Source of the DNA: a virus
Virus record (IMG/VR): IMGVR_UViG_3300034069_002149
Span: 91,650-143,333 of that record
Length of the DNA stretch: 51,684 nt
Direction: 5' to 3' (one strand)
Made by a program: the position numbers and the translations under genes. Numbering within the stretch: position 1 is the stretch's first letter; each line of letters begins with the position of its first letter. The notes beneath the pieces are model-generated. The model was not told the DNA's origin and searched no databases. It saw only the letters and a program-made list of their open reading frames with translations. Positions 1 to 9,858 of this stretch are shown here, one piece after another.

Positions 1-1
1 A

Positions 2-988
2 GCCGGAAGCCTGCGCTGGCTGGACGGTGCTGTTCACAGCGTCTTCAGGATGAGCGGTCGGCTGACGGAAGCGGAAATGAACAGTTTGGCGAAGGGGCAG
101 GATCTGATAGCGGATCTCGGAAAATCGCCGGAATTGTATACCAAGTTCAACACGCTCGTGTCCCCGATTGCGAGCAGTGGCACAGCCTTCAATGCCGAGA
201 CGACAATTACTGGCGGAGCGGTTCTGACCAGCGGGCCACAGTTCTCCGTGCCGACCAACGCTGTCCAGTTTGATGAGGCTGGTCTGGTCTACACCATGCC
301 GAAGACGGCCAGCCACAACATGCCTGCCGGGGAATGGACGCTCGGCTTCATGATGGCGCTGGACGACAATGACGGCACGGTTGCGCAGTACTTCTACAGT
401 ACGGGCGGTTTCTTCGCCAACAACTGCATGAACATATTCATCGCGGAGAAGGACTACGCTCCAGCAGCAAACAAAATGTCCATCTCCTTCGATGACGGAG
501 AGCTATCCGCTGACGTAGAGTTCTTTACCCCGTCCCTGGCCTCCCTGGTCGATGGCAAATACTACCTCTGGACCATTGAGCGGGATGCCGGAACCGGCAC
601 GATCAAGGTCTACTATACGCCTGTCAACGGCGCGCGGGTTCTGTTTTACACCCACACTTTGGCAGCCGCCTTCAGCGATCTGATCCCACCCACGGCGGTG
701 ATCACGATTGGTGGTCGTAATGCGCTGGCAGTGCCCGCCACCCGATACTTCGGTGGCAAAATGCACATGGCCTTCCAGATGGACGGACGGCTGAGCGAGA
801 CCCAGACGCAGGATATCGCCAGGGGTCGGGACATCATGACCGGTCTCGGCCTGACGCCCAAATGGTACCACAAGTTCACCAGCACATCCGCGACCCTGAC
901 GGACCTGTCCGGCAACGGCAACACCGCGACCGCGAGCGGCGGCACCCCGGTTCTGGTTGCCGGTCCCACCTTCACGCCCAACGGCTGA
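2..988 (+). CDS. Tandem LamG/concanavalin A-like domain virion protein, 5' truncated by the window edge
   Basis: Frame is open from position 2 (AGSLRWLDGAVHSVFRMSGRLTEAEMNSLAKGQDL). This repeats the C-terminal RYFGGKMHMAFQMDGRLSETQTQDIARGRDI, so there are at least two LamG-like units. Ends with a DLSGNGNTAT motif. Confidence 0.75.
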   Translation, partial: AGSLRWLDGAVHSVFRMSGRLTEAEMNSLAKGQDLIADLGKSPELYTKFNTLVSPIASSGTAFNAETTITGGAVLTSGPQFSVPTNAVQFDEAGLVYTMPKTASHNMPAGEWTLGFMMALDDNDGTVAQYFYSTGGFFANNCMNIFIAEKDYAPAANKMSISFDDGELSADVEFFTPSLASLVDGKYYLWTIERDAGTGTIKVYYTPVNGARVLFYTHTLAAAFSDLIPPTAVITIGGRNALAVPATRYFGGKMHMAFQMDGRLSETQTQDIARGRDIMTGLGLTPKWYHKFTSTSATLTDLSGNGNTATASGGTPVLVAGPTFTPNG

Positions 989-1016
989 GCCACCATGGTC
1001 TCCGGGAGAAACTTAG

Positions 1017-4000
1017 ATGCCTGATCAAACCCTAGACCAGCTTCTGGACAGCACGAGCGCCGAGGATACCGACAACCTCTACGCCACGCGCAACGGCAAT
1101 TCGATCCGGATGAAGCTGGCCGTGGCGCTGGCGTCCCGCGCGCCGACCAGCCGCATCATCAACACGCTGAACGGCATCAAGGGGGGTGGTCCCCTGAGTG
1201 CGGACAGGACCCTGGAGCTTGATGTCGATGGCTTGACGGAGGATCTGGCTCCAGACCTAGCCAACGATTTCGTGCTCAGCCAGGACGTTTCTGCCGGAGC
1301 GCCGCGCAAGGTCCGGATGTCCAGGATCGTCTCGACGGGGGGCGGCGGTGGCGATGGAAACCCAGGCTTCGCGTCGATCTCCTCTCCCGGACAAACCACG
1401 ATCTCAGCCATCACGCCGGGTGAGACCATCAGTTTCGTTTCCGGCGCAAATATCCAGGTCCAGACAGATCCGGCAGCCAAGACGGTTCGCTGGCAGGCAA
1501 CCGGTCTGGCTTCCAGCACCATCGCCATCAGTGCCGGTGCGGGCATGACGGGCGGCGGCAACCTGACGGCCAATCGCAGCCTGTCAGTCGATATCGCAGG
1601 GTTGAGTGAGGATACCGCCCCGGACGTCACGGCAGACTTCGTGATGGTCCACGACACCTCGTCCGGCCTGCTCCGCAAGGTCAAGTTGGCGCTGCTGTCC
1701 TCTTCCTCCTACAGCTTGCCAACCGCGACCCCCAGTCGTCTCGGCGGCATCAGGATCGGCAGCGGCTTCACCTATGATGAGACCAGCGGCATCCTGTCCG
1801 TGGCTCCGACCGGAACCTCCTACGTCCTGCCCCCGGCTACGGATGCGACGCGCGGCGGTATCCGTGTTGGCTCCGGCTTTACCCTGACCGGGGATATTCT
1901 CAACAACGCCAATCCGACGCCCTATGTCCTGCCCGCCGCTGGCGTCAATGTTCTCGGCGGTGTCAAGCAGGGGCCGGGTGTCGATATCTCCCCGGACGGC
2001 ACGCTGTCCGTCTCGACCGCTGGCAGCGGCAGCGACAACGCCTTCAGACCTGAGAACTACGGCGCGATCCGGGGCGCTGGCCTGACTCAGAGCCAGCGGG
2101 AGACCAACGCCGCAGCCATCAACACCTGCTGGACACAGGCGTCTGTCGTCAAGGGCAGAGTCGATATGGGCGGCGGCACCTGGGAAATCTATGGCCCGCT
2201 GACTATCTCCAATGTCAACATGATGAGGATCGAGGGAGACTGGTGCGTCATCCGCCAGTTTCAGTCCAACGTTTCCATCGTCTCGATCACCACCGCCAAT
2301 CAGATTACGATGAGCGGGTTCAGCCTTGCTTATCAGTCCAACCAGTCGAGCGGCACAGATCCGGTTTCCGGAGAAGCCTACTTCGCCGCGCTCCGGCTCA
2401 ACGGCATCTCAAACTGTCGCTTCGCGGATATCGATACCTTCAACGCCTGGGTCCATCTCGGCCTGAGCGGTGGGGCCGGATCGTTCTCCAACACCTTCAC
2501 CAACTTCCGTCTCGGTATGTCCACGGGGCAGTCCTACGGCCTGATCCACAAGACCGGCAACGGCAACAACTTCATCAACATGCGCGTGACGGGCGGTCTG
2601 ACGACCCAGACCGTCACGGGTGGCGTCTATATCGGTCAGGCGGATCAGGTGACCTTCACCAATCTGGTGTGCGAGGCGCTGACCGCCACCAGACCGCTGC
2701 ACTTCTCCGGCGTGCGAGCGGCGAGCGTCACCGGCTGCGTGATCAGCCGCATCACGCCGCGCGCCACCGCGAGCTACGGCACCATCGTCAGCGGCTCTAC
2801 CGGTGCTATGGTGCAGATGACCGGCGTTCACATCTCCGGGACACAACTGACGACCGCCTCCCAGGCGATGACGGAAGCTTCGATCTTCGCCGGGGAGGAG
2901 GGGGCCTCCTTCCTGATCGCCAACATGACGCTGAGCGCCACGGTCAAGGACGGGGCGACCCGCTTCTCCCTGCTCGGCCACACCACCAGCGCTGCGGCCA
3001 AGAATGTTACCGGCACCTTCCAGCAGATCAGGCTCGACACCAACTCCGCCAGTCCGCACCTGCTGGATGATCTCTCCGTCACGGCGGTCGATGCCACCAG
3101 TGATATCCTGGTCGGCCCGGTGTTGTCCTACAACAGCGTTCTGGGAGAGGTGACGGGCGGACTGTACGGCATCGGGGATGAAACCGTGACAGTCTTCCCG
3201 TCCGTCCATGGCAGACATATCCAGTGCAGCACGCCGCTGACCGGTGAGAGAACCGTCACGCTGTCTCGCTACATCGACCGCTCCTATGCCAGCGGTGCCT
3301 ACACAGCACCCAGGACCACCAAGGGCGCGACCTTCCGGGTCACCAGAACCGCGACCGCGACCGGCACGGCGCTACTGACCGTAGCCAACCACAACGGCGC
3401 GTCGATTGTCGGTCTTGCCGCCAACCAGTCCGTCCTTCTGGTGTTCGATGGCGCGAACTTCATCATGGTTCCGGGGTCCCTGTCCACGAGCGGCGGCGGC
3501 GGTGGAACAAGCGTTACCTTTGCCAGCACGTCGGAGGCAACCACCGGCACCAGCACGACGACCGTGATGAACCCGGCGCGGACTAAGGAAGCCTTTAACG
3601 CTTTCGCCAGCGCCAACGAGATCACCGGCACTCAGGGTCAGGTGCTCGGGTTTGATGCGGGCGGCAACGCGGCACCGGTCAAGCTGACCCGGACGATCAC
3701 CGTGCCCTGTGTCGGTGAGTTCAATCAGATCACAGTCGCGGCACCGGCTCGCCGCATCATGATGCCGTTCAACATGAAACTGACGGAGATCCGGTTCTAC
3801 GTCGTGGCTGCGGGGACCACGGCGACCACGGTTGACGTCAATGTCAATGGCGTCTCAATCCTCGCCGCTCCGGTATCCGTTTCCGCCAACTCCCAGTTCT
3901 CCAGCACCAACTCCTTCACCTCGGCATCCAGCGGATCGATTTCTGTCAACGCGCTTCTGGACTTCGATATTGATGCGGCGGGGGCAGGGGCTAAAGGGTT

Positions 4001-4031
4001 ACAGGTTACCCTCGTCGGAAACGAGGTCTAA
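1017..4031 (+). CDS. Fibre/tailspike protein with shaft repeats, central right-handed beta-helix and C-terminal beta-sandwich
   Basis: Two GGGxLxAxRxLxxDxxGLxEDxAPD repeats, three YxLPxAxxxxxGG(I/V) repeats, FRPENYGA...NAAAINTC beta-helix cap followed by N/S/T-rich coils. Confidence 0.8.
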   Translation: MPDQTLDQLLDSTSAEDTDNLYATRNGNSIRMKLAVALASRAPTSRIINTLNGIKGGGPLSADRTLELDVDGLTEDLAPDLANDFVLSQDVSAGAPRKVRMSRIVSTGGGGGDGNPGFASISSPGQTTISAITPGETISFVSGANIQVQTDPAAKTVRWQATGLASSTIAISAGAGMTGGGNLTANRSLSVDIAGLSEDTAPDVTADFVMVHDTSSGLLRKVKLALLSSSSYSLPTATPSRLGGIRIGSGFTYDETSGILSVAPTGTSYVLPPATDATRGGIRVGSGFTLTGDILNNANPTPYVLPAAGVNVLGGVKQGPGVDISPDGTLSVSTAGSGSDNAFRPENYGAIRGAGLTQSQRETNAAAINTCWTQASVVKGRVDMGGGTWEIYGPLTISNVNMMRIEGDWCVIRQFQSNVSIVSITTANQITMSGFSLAYQSNQSSGTDPVSGEAYFAALRLNGISNCRFADIDTFNAWVHLGLSGGAGSFSNTFTNFRLGMSTGQSYGLIHKTGNGNNFINMRVTGGLTTQTVTGGVYIGQADQVTFTNLVCEALTATRPLHFSGVRAASVTGCVISRITPRATASYGTIVSGSTGAMVQMTGVHISGTQLTTASQAMTEASIFAGEEGASFLIANMTLSATVKDGATRFSLLGHTTSAAAKNVTGTFQQIRLDTNSASPHLLDDLSVTAVDATSDILVGPVLSYNSVLGEVTGGLYGIGDETVTVFPSVHGRHIQCSTPLTGERTVTLSRYIDRSYASGAYTAPRTTKGATFRVTRTATATGTALLTVANHNGASIVGLAANQSVLLVFDGANFIMVPGSLSTSGGGGGTSVTFASTSEATTGTSTTTVMNPARTKEAFNAFASANEITGTQGQVLGFDAGGNAAPVKLTRTITVPCVGEFNQITVAAPARRIMMPFNMKLTEIRFYVVAAGTTATTVDVNVNGVSILAAPVSVSANSQFSSTNSFTSASSGSISVNALLDFDIDAAGAGAKGLQVTLVGNEV

Positions 4032-4032
4032 C

Positions 4033-7000
4033 ATGGCAGGCTACTTCAAATCACCGGGCGGAAAGTATGTGCTCGGGCCGAACAACAGGCTCGTGCGGGT
4101 CGGCACCTATACGCCACCTCCGACAGCGCGAACAATGTCCCCCAACCAAGTCACGATCAGCAACACCGTGGCTGCTGGGACACAAATCGCGGAACTGGTG
4201 TTCTCCGGCTTCCCGGTCCAGAACACGGTTCCCTTCACCCACGAATTCACCAATGAATTCGATGGCGTGTCCTATACCGCCACCCTGACGTCGGATGCGG
4301 GCGGCAAGGTGGCGCTGGCGGGCAGTTGGGGGGAAGGCTATCGGCTGGTCGCCGGGGCTGGCACCATGACCCCAGGTGTCTACAGCTTCGGCGTGGAGGT
4401 CAGCGGATTTCCGGAAACCTTCGCAGTCACTTTGACCGTCGAAGGCGTGGTCGGTAGCGATCAGCTTCTGTTCACCTCGACTGTCGATAACTTCGACACC
4501 GTTGCGTCGTGGGCGGACCAGGAACTCAGTCTGGCTCAGTGGTTCGCTCCCGGAGATGTCCCGGACGGCAATATCGCGGTCGTTTCCGTCGATGGCGTCC
4601 GCATTCCCCAGCAGTTATCCAACCGGACGACCTGGGTTGACGGCTCCCTCAAACTGGCTCAAGTCCGTCTGCTGATGCCGGTGATCCAGCCGGGAACGAG
4701 CAAGACCCTGACCTGGACGCGGACTGCCGGAACCTGGAGCCAGTCCGACACCGGTCTGCACACCAGCCCGACCGCGATCACCGGCAAGGTTGCGCTGGAG
4801 TATTCCTTCAGCAGCTTCAAGGGACGCAGCACCACCGATGTCCTGACGGCGGAGCGTGGGCCGAAGAACTTCAAATCCGCCAATATGCTCGGCACCGCCA
4901 ACGCTCCCTGGATCGACACCATCATGACCGGGCCGGTCTGCTCAGAGTGGCGGGCCAGCGACATGGCGACCAAGGCGGATGGCTCCAAGGACCCCGCTGA
5001 AACGCTTGGCTGCTTTCTCTATGCCCGCGCCTGGGGTGGTTCCGCTGGAAACCCGAAGCGCATTCAGTTCCTCTACCGATCTGTTTTTGGCTGGGACACC
5101 GAAGTTGCCGTCGATGAACAGGGCATCCGGGTCGATCTCAATCTGCGGGTCAACAACGTCGTCGTTCGCGGCGCGGCGATTGGGACGGCGGGCTGGAGCC
5201 GCGTCAATGGCTGGCAAGGCGGCTTCTTCGTCAGCGCCGGGCCGGAAGGAACCATGGACTGGTACGATGTCGCGACCAGCAGCTTCGTCACCCCTCCCAA
5301 GATCATTCACCGCCACAACGTAACCTACGGCGTTAAAGCCAAATTCATTCCCCCGTTCGATACCAGCAACCCCGCTTTCCCTATGACCCCCGGCGTGCAG
5401 ACTTACCAGCCGGGTAAGCGCGGTCCTCTGAGGCCCATTCAGGACGACGTGGCGGATCACGAGATGCTGTGCTGGACCACGGCCAAGCCAATGGCGCGAT
5501 GCATCGCCGCTGCTGCTCGGGCTACAGCCCAGCAGCTTTCAGATCATCAGCGCTACGCCCGTTCCGCCGGTTTCGGTATGGGGGCGATGACGGGCATCGG
5601 GCTTTACAAATCAACCCGCAAGATCCTTTCCTACCTGCCACCCGCAAAGTCGAGCAATCAGGAAGCCCTTGGAACCAGCATCTACGGCAAGGGCAGACCG
5701 GCTCAAACAACGGAGACCAACAGGCACAGCTACGGCATCATGGTCGATATCTCGACCTTCACCACCAAAATTGGCACCGGAGCCACGTCGGTCAACACGG
5801 ACACGGGAGAGATATCCATCGCATTCGTTTCTCCGGAAACGACGTTGAGGGGGACAAGGTCCGTCGTTGTCGGTCAGGACTACAGAGTTCTGTTTACCAT
5901 GTCCGGATCTGTTGGGCAGTTCTCTTTTGGGAATACGGTTGGAGGAACCCAGTACAAGGCAGTGACCACAGGCGTTCTCGGGGTCAATGCCTTCGATTTC
6001 AGGGCAACGGCTTCAACGCTGCACATCTCGTTCACGAAGAATACGGCGGGCACGACCATATTCTCGGATTTCCGTGTCTCAGTGCCTGAGATCGCACACC
6101 TCGACACCGCGCACTTCCCGCAGTTGGCGCACTGGCCCTACATCAGCGAGGGAGACCAGCACTGGCTCGACCTGATGTATACGGAAGCCACGCTGCCGCC
6201 TAGCTTCGACTCCGATGCCTATGGCTTCTTCGGCACCAGCGGTCGTGCCAAGATCGTCTACGGCGGTATCGTCTGGAAAGGCCAGATCCGCTCCGTGGGC
6301 CACACGATCCGCCCGATGGGCAATGCCGTTGGCGCTGGAAACCCAGCAGACCCGCACTGGGTTCTGTGTCGGGATCTGATGAACCACTGGTGCGAGATGA
6401 ACGAGGAACTGCCCATCGACATGGACTGGGAACGCGGCGGCGTGGACAGGACGGATGGACGGCGTTTCCAGGATCTGAAAGTGCTGTGGCCGAATAATGA
6501 GCCTACCTATAAGATATGGATGCACACTTTCGGATTGCACGCATTGTCATATGCATTTGGTATTAGTGAGCAGCCTCGCCTGAAGGCCAGGGCCGAGTGG
6601 TTCGCCTATGCCCCTACCGTCATGTGCGGCGGCTACCACAATGATGTCGGAGATCAGTACTACCTGATGAAGCCGGACCCGACCGAAGGTATCGGGTACC
6701 AGCAAATTTGCATGAACGGCTTGACCGACAATGTCGAGAACCGTCGTTACTGGAACTTTGGGCAGTGGCGCGGCTTCGCCAGTCCGGTGACCTATAAGGC
6801 GGATGGGCAGACCGTTGTCTGGACTGACGCGACGGCTGGTATCCCGGACGGGATTATCGTCAGTATTTCTGGTGTCCGGTCAACGACGGAGCCGCACTGG
6901 GTTGTCGATAATACCAAGGTGCCTTCCGGTATCACGCGCGGTATTCCCTATTATGTGGTCCAGGCGTCAGGCCAGAACTCTAAGCTGTCCCTCTCTCCGG

Positions 7001-7338
7001 GAGGGCCACCGGTCCTGTTCAACACGGGTGGTGCCGACATGGTCGGTCAGGCTGTGCGCTGTCCGGTCGGAGGCGTCCACACGATGAGGACCGGCAGTTC
7101 CGTCTCTGTCGATGCCAACAACTACATCATCCAGGTGGGTGCTGCACTGGCGGTCTATCAGCACTACGTCGCCCCAACGGATGCCCGCGTTCTGCTTGCC
7201 CGCCAGAAGCTGTTCGACCTCAAGAACACCTCAGCCGCGCCCAATGCCTATGACGAGCGCGGCAAGATGACGGTTCCCCTGACACTCCAGGAGATCCAGA
7301 GCGATTTCTCCAGCGATTTCTCCAACGAATTCGCCTGA
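4033..7338 (+). CDS. Large virion-associated protein with RIFT-barrel/beta-sandwich/alpha-toroid architecture (PcRGLX/YetA, PL26-like), 1101 aa
   Basis: ATG at 4033 immediately follows the previous stop; FAPGDVP...IPQQLSNRTTWVDGSLKLA resembles the RIFT barrel; GPVCSEWR; aromatic-rich helical C-terminal half. Confidence 0.55.
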   Translation: MAGYFKSPGGKYVLGPNNRLVRVGTYTPPPTARTMSPNQVTISNTVAAGTQIAELVFSGFPVQNTVPFTHEFTNEFDGVSYTATLTSDAGGKVALAGSWGEGYRLVAGAGTMTPGVYSFGVEVSGFPETFAVTLTVEGVVGSDQLLFTSTVDNFDTVASWADQELSLAQWFAPGDVPDGNIAVVSVDGVRIPQQLSNRTTWVDGSLKLAQVRLLMPVIQPGTSKTLTWTRTAGTWSQSDTGLHTSPTAITGKVALEYSFSSFKGRSTTDVLTAERGPKNFKSANMLGTANAPWIDTIMTGPVCSEWRASDMATKADGSKDPAETLGCFLYARAWGGSAGNPKRIQFLYRSVFGWDTEVAVDEQGIRVDLNLRVNNVVVRGAAIGTAGWSRVNGWQGGFFVSAGPEGTMDWYDVATSSFVTPPKIIHRHNVTYGVKAKFIPPFDTSNPAFPMTPGVQTYQPGKRGPLRPIQDDVADHEMLCWTTAKPMARCIAAAARATAQQLSDHQRYARSAGFGMGAMTGIGLYKSTRKILSYLPPAKSSNQEALGTSIYGKGRPAQTTETNRHSYGIMVDISTFTTKIGTGATSVNTDTGEISIAFVSPETTLRGTRSVVVGQDYRVLFTMSGSVGQFSFGNTVGGTQYKAVTTGVLGVNAFDFRATASTLHISFTKNTAGTTIFSDFRVSVPEIAHLDTAHFPQLAHWPYISEGDQHWLDLMYTEATLPPSFDSDAYGFFGTSGRAKIVYGGIVWKGQIRSVGHTIRPMGNAVGAGNPADPHWVLCRDLMNHWCEMNEELPIDMDWERGGVDRTDGRRFQDLKVLWPNNEPTYKIWMHTFGLHALSYAFGISEQPRLKARAEWFAYAPTVMCGGYHNDVGDQYYLMKPDPTEGIGYQQICMNGLTDNVENRRYWNFGQWRGFASPVTYKADGQTVVWTDATAGIPDGIIVSISGVRSTTEPHWVVDNTKVPSGITRGIPYYVVQASGQNSKLSLSPGGPPVLFNTGGADMVGQAVRCPVGGVHTMRTGSSVSVDANNYIIQVGAALAVYQHYVAPTDARVLLARQKLFDLKNTSAAPNAYDERGKMTVPLTLQEIQSDFSSDFSNEFA

Positions 7339-7356
7339 ACGCGGAAAGCTTAGACC

Positions 7357-8538
7357 TTGGCAGATCCTACAGATCCGACCAGCTACACCAACCTGCTGCG
7401 GGTTGGTGGCACCTGGGTCACCAACACCGGCGCTCCCGGCACGGTCACCGTCGATGCGGTAACCGGACAGATCACCATCGTTGCCAATGGCACGGCGGAA
7501 GCCTGGGCGCGTCGCTCCGTGACAACTGAAGTCAACAAAGTCTATCAGCTTACCTGGAGTAACGACACTGCCACGGTGATGTTTCGCGCAATCGGAACCG
7601 CTGCGGGCACAGGGGATATTCGAGGGATCAACGTCAGCGTCACCGGGGACAACAAGATAGAGTTTACGGCAACCTCTACGACGACCTGGATACAGTTCTC
7701 CCGCACGACCGCCGCCACCGTTACGATCTCCAGCATCATCCTCCAGGAGGTGCCGCAGAGTGCGGCCAGTGCGCGCCGCCTCAACGGCAAGAGCCAGTAC
7801 TTCAGTCTCGATGCCCAAACCTCCGGCCTGCGCATTTCAAACTTCAACTGGTACATCGGCGGCTTTGTGGCTTTCACCTACATGCCGACTGCTGGTGTTT
7901 ATTTGATGGACTTCGGGCGTCTCGATCCGGCTGTTCCGTCAGGCGGTGCGGCGCGCGTCAGGTTGTTCTGGGACCCCGATAACACCAAGCTCTCGGTTTC
8001 CACGGCGGAGAATACTGGCGTCAATTACCGGGAAAACTACATCGTCAGGCAGCTTCAGGTCGATACTTGGTACTACGTCGGCGTCACGGCGCTGGCGAAC
8101 GCGGATGTCCTAGTCAGGCTGGGGACCCAGAAAGGCTCAAGCTATGTCGGGACCGCCATTCCGCCCACATCCAGTGGTGAAATCTGCCGCTTTCTCCAGA
8201 TCGGGGCCAGAACCGCGAACCCCAGAACCAACCACGCGCCGTGCCGCTTCAGCAACTGGCTGTGGGCGTCCAACTGGATACCCAGCGATGCTCAGATCGC
8301 TGAACTGGCAGCAGGCAAAACACCGGGAGAGATTACTGGCTTTACGGTTCCGACCGGGGCCAACCTCTATCACTGGCCGATGGTCAACGCAGCCGGTAAC
8401 GAGGCCAGCCTGATCGGAACTACGGCACCTCTCGTGTCCAACAGCGCCTTCGGTTCCATCATCACCGTTCCGGGTCCCCTTACCGGGGATCAGGCGAGCA
8501 CGGTATCGTCGGTACCGCTCGACATCATCATCACATGA
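7357..8538 (+). CDS. Carbohydrate-binding-module plus LamG-like virion protein
   Basis: TTG start; N-terminal jelly-roll (SVTTEVNKVYQL...FTATSTTTWIQF); LNGKSQY...WYYVGV...LQIGAR...SDAQIAELAAG LamG pattern. Confidence 0.65.
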   Translation: MADPTDPTSYTNLLRVGGTWVTNTGAPGTVTVDAVTGQITIVANGTAEAWARRSVTTEVNKVYQLTWSNDTATVMFRAIGTAAGTGDIRGINVSVTGDNKIEFTATSTTTWIQFSRTTAATVTISSIILQEVPQSAASARRLNGKSQYFSLDAQTSGLRISNFNWYIGGFVAFTYMPTAGVYLMDFGRLDPAVPSGGAARVRLFWDPDNTKLSVSTAENTGVNYRENYIVRQLQVDTWYYVGVTALANADVLVRLGTQKGSSYVGTAIPPTSSGEICRFLQIGARTANPRTNHAPCRFSNWLWASNWIPSDAQIAELAAGKTPGEITGFTVPTGANLYHWPMVNAAGNEASLIGTTAPLVSNSAFGSIITVPGPLTGDQASTVSSVPLDIIIT

Positions 8539-8548
8539 GGCTCGAAAC

Positions 8549-9025
8549 ATGGCGCTGCTCCTTCAGGACGGCAGCTACCTGCTGCTCCAAGAAGCCGGGG
8601 TGCCAGCGGGCAAACTCCTGCTCAAGGGAGACCAGGGGGCTGTCTTTCATGCTCTCGCCCCGGCCTGGAGAACCGCCGCCTTCGGAGATGGCAGCACCCG
8701 TGTCTCGTGGGTGTCTCCGCTCGATCCTTCCGAGAGGAAGACCTACACCATCGATGCCTCCAGGGAACTGAACGGCATCAACGACCGCATCCGGTCTGTC
8801 ACCATCATTCCTTCCGGTTTGGCCGTGGTTGCCGGTCTGATCATCTACGGTGTCACCAACGACGATACCAACGTCACCGTCTGGTTCGAGATCGATCCGG
8901 CAGACCGCACCCGCTCCGGCTGGAACTCCCCCGGAGAGGTTCATTACGTCACCGTCCAGATCACGACGATGAACGGCCACATCTTCGAACGCAACGCCTC
9001 CCTGACAATCGCCCAACTTGGATAG
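8549..9025 (+). CDS. Phage fibre-tail adaptor protein, copy A (with N-terminal LLL-repeat extension)
   Basis: LDPSERKTYTID...TVWF...VTVQITT.NG..FER..L.I adaptor pattern; clear paralog of 9859..10242. Confidence 0.65.
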   Translation: MALLLQDGSYLLLQEAGVPAGKLLLKGDQGAVFHALAPAWRTAAFGDGSTRVSWVSPLDPSERKTYTIDASRELNGINDRIRSVTIIPSGLAVVAGLIIYGVTNDDTNVTVWFEIDPADRTRSGWNSPGEVHYVTVQITTMNGHIFERNASLTIAQLG

Positions 9026-9035
9026 TGTGACCGCC

Positions 9036-9347
9036 ATGGCCTACGTTCCCCCCATCAGACAGAGAGCCTACGAGGATACCGGGCGCAGGCAGATCGATCT
9101 CCTGGGACGCAAGGTGCTTGCCAGTCTGGTTGCCCTCAAGGAAGCCGACGCCCGCACCTTCCAAGCCTCACATGAACTGTTCATAGATCGCATCCCCGGC
9201 GTGACGCCGCAGCAGATCATGGGCCAGATCATAGACTTCGATGGGGAGCTTTATCAGGTCAAGAAGGTCATGGACCCCAAAGCCTCTGATCCAACCATGC
9301 GGGGGCGCTACTTACGCATGATCTCCGTGAAAGCGGATCGCCCCTAA
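9036..9347 (+). CDS. Hypothetical protein
   Basis: Fills the gap between genes on the coding strand with GC3-rich codons; ATG at 9036. Confidence 0.6.
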   Translation: MAYVPPIRQRAYEDTGRRQIDLLGRKVLASLVALKEADARTFQASHELFIDRIPGVTPQQIMGQIIDFDGELYQVKKVMDPKASDPTMRGRYLRMISVKADRP

Positions 9348-9372
9348 CCCTCCTTTCCAAGACCCACCCACC

Positions 9373-9406
9373 AAGCCCGCCCGGTCATGCCGAGGCGGGT
9401 TTTTTC
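9373..9406 (+). terminator. Intrinsic terminator-like hairpin
   Basis: AGCCCGCC...GGCGGGTT stem followed by a T tract. Confidence 0.7.
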
Positions 9407-9423
9407 GTGCCAGGAGAGACCTG

Positions 9424-9837
9424 ATGGCCCTGAAGATTTCGACGTCCACTGCCGATGCCATGCTCGCGGCGCTCGCCGCCACCCTGAACAGCGGTCTGCT
9501 GCGGATCTACTCCGGGACGGAACCGGCGACCGCGAATACGGCATTGTCCGGCAATACGCTGCTGGCGGAACTGACCTTCGGCAATCCGGCTTTCGGTACG
9601 GCGACGGCATCTGGGAGCGACCGCATCATCACGGCCAATGCGATCACCCAGGACTCCAGCGCCGATGCGGACGGCACCGCCACCTTCTTCCGTGCGACCA
9701 ACACGGCGGGAACGGTCACGACCTACCAGGGCACCGTTGGCACCTCCGGCCAGCAACTCAACCTGACAGCCACCAACATCGTGTCGGGCGGCGTGGTTTC
9801 CGTGACCTCCCTGTCGATCACCCTGCCGACCACCTGA
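9424..9837 (+). CDS. Small beta-rich structural protein (putative repeating fibre subunit)
   Basis: Strong GGAG RBS; highly biased codons; LRIYSGTEPATA...LLAEL...ADADGTATFFR pattern typical of phage fibre/decoration subunits. Confidence 0.65.
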   Translation: MALKISTSTADAMLAALAATLNSGLLRIYSGTEPATANTALSGNTLLAELTFGNPAFGTATASGSDRIITANAITQDSSADADGTATFFRATNTAGTVTTYQGTVGTSGQQLNLTATNIVSGGVVSVTSLSITLPTT

Positions 9838-9858
9838 TCATAAGCGTGGAGAACTGAC

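Noticed and set aside
3832-4032. N-terminal extension of the 1168-aa ORF
   Set aside because: Overlaps the end of the 1017 gene; ATG 4033 follows its stop by 1 nt
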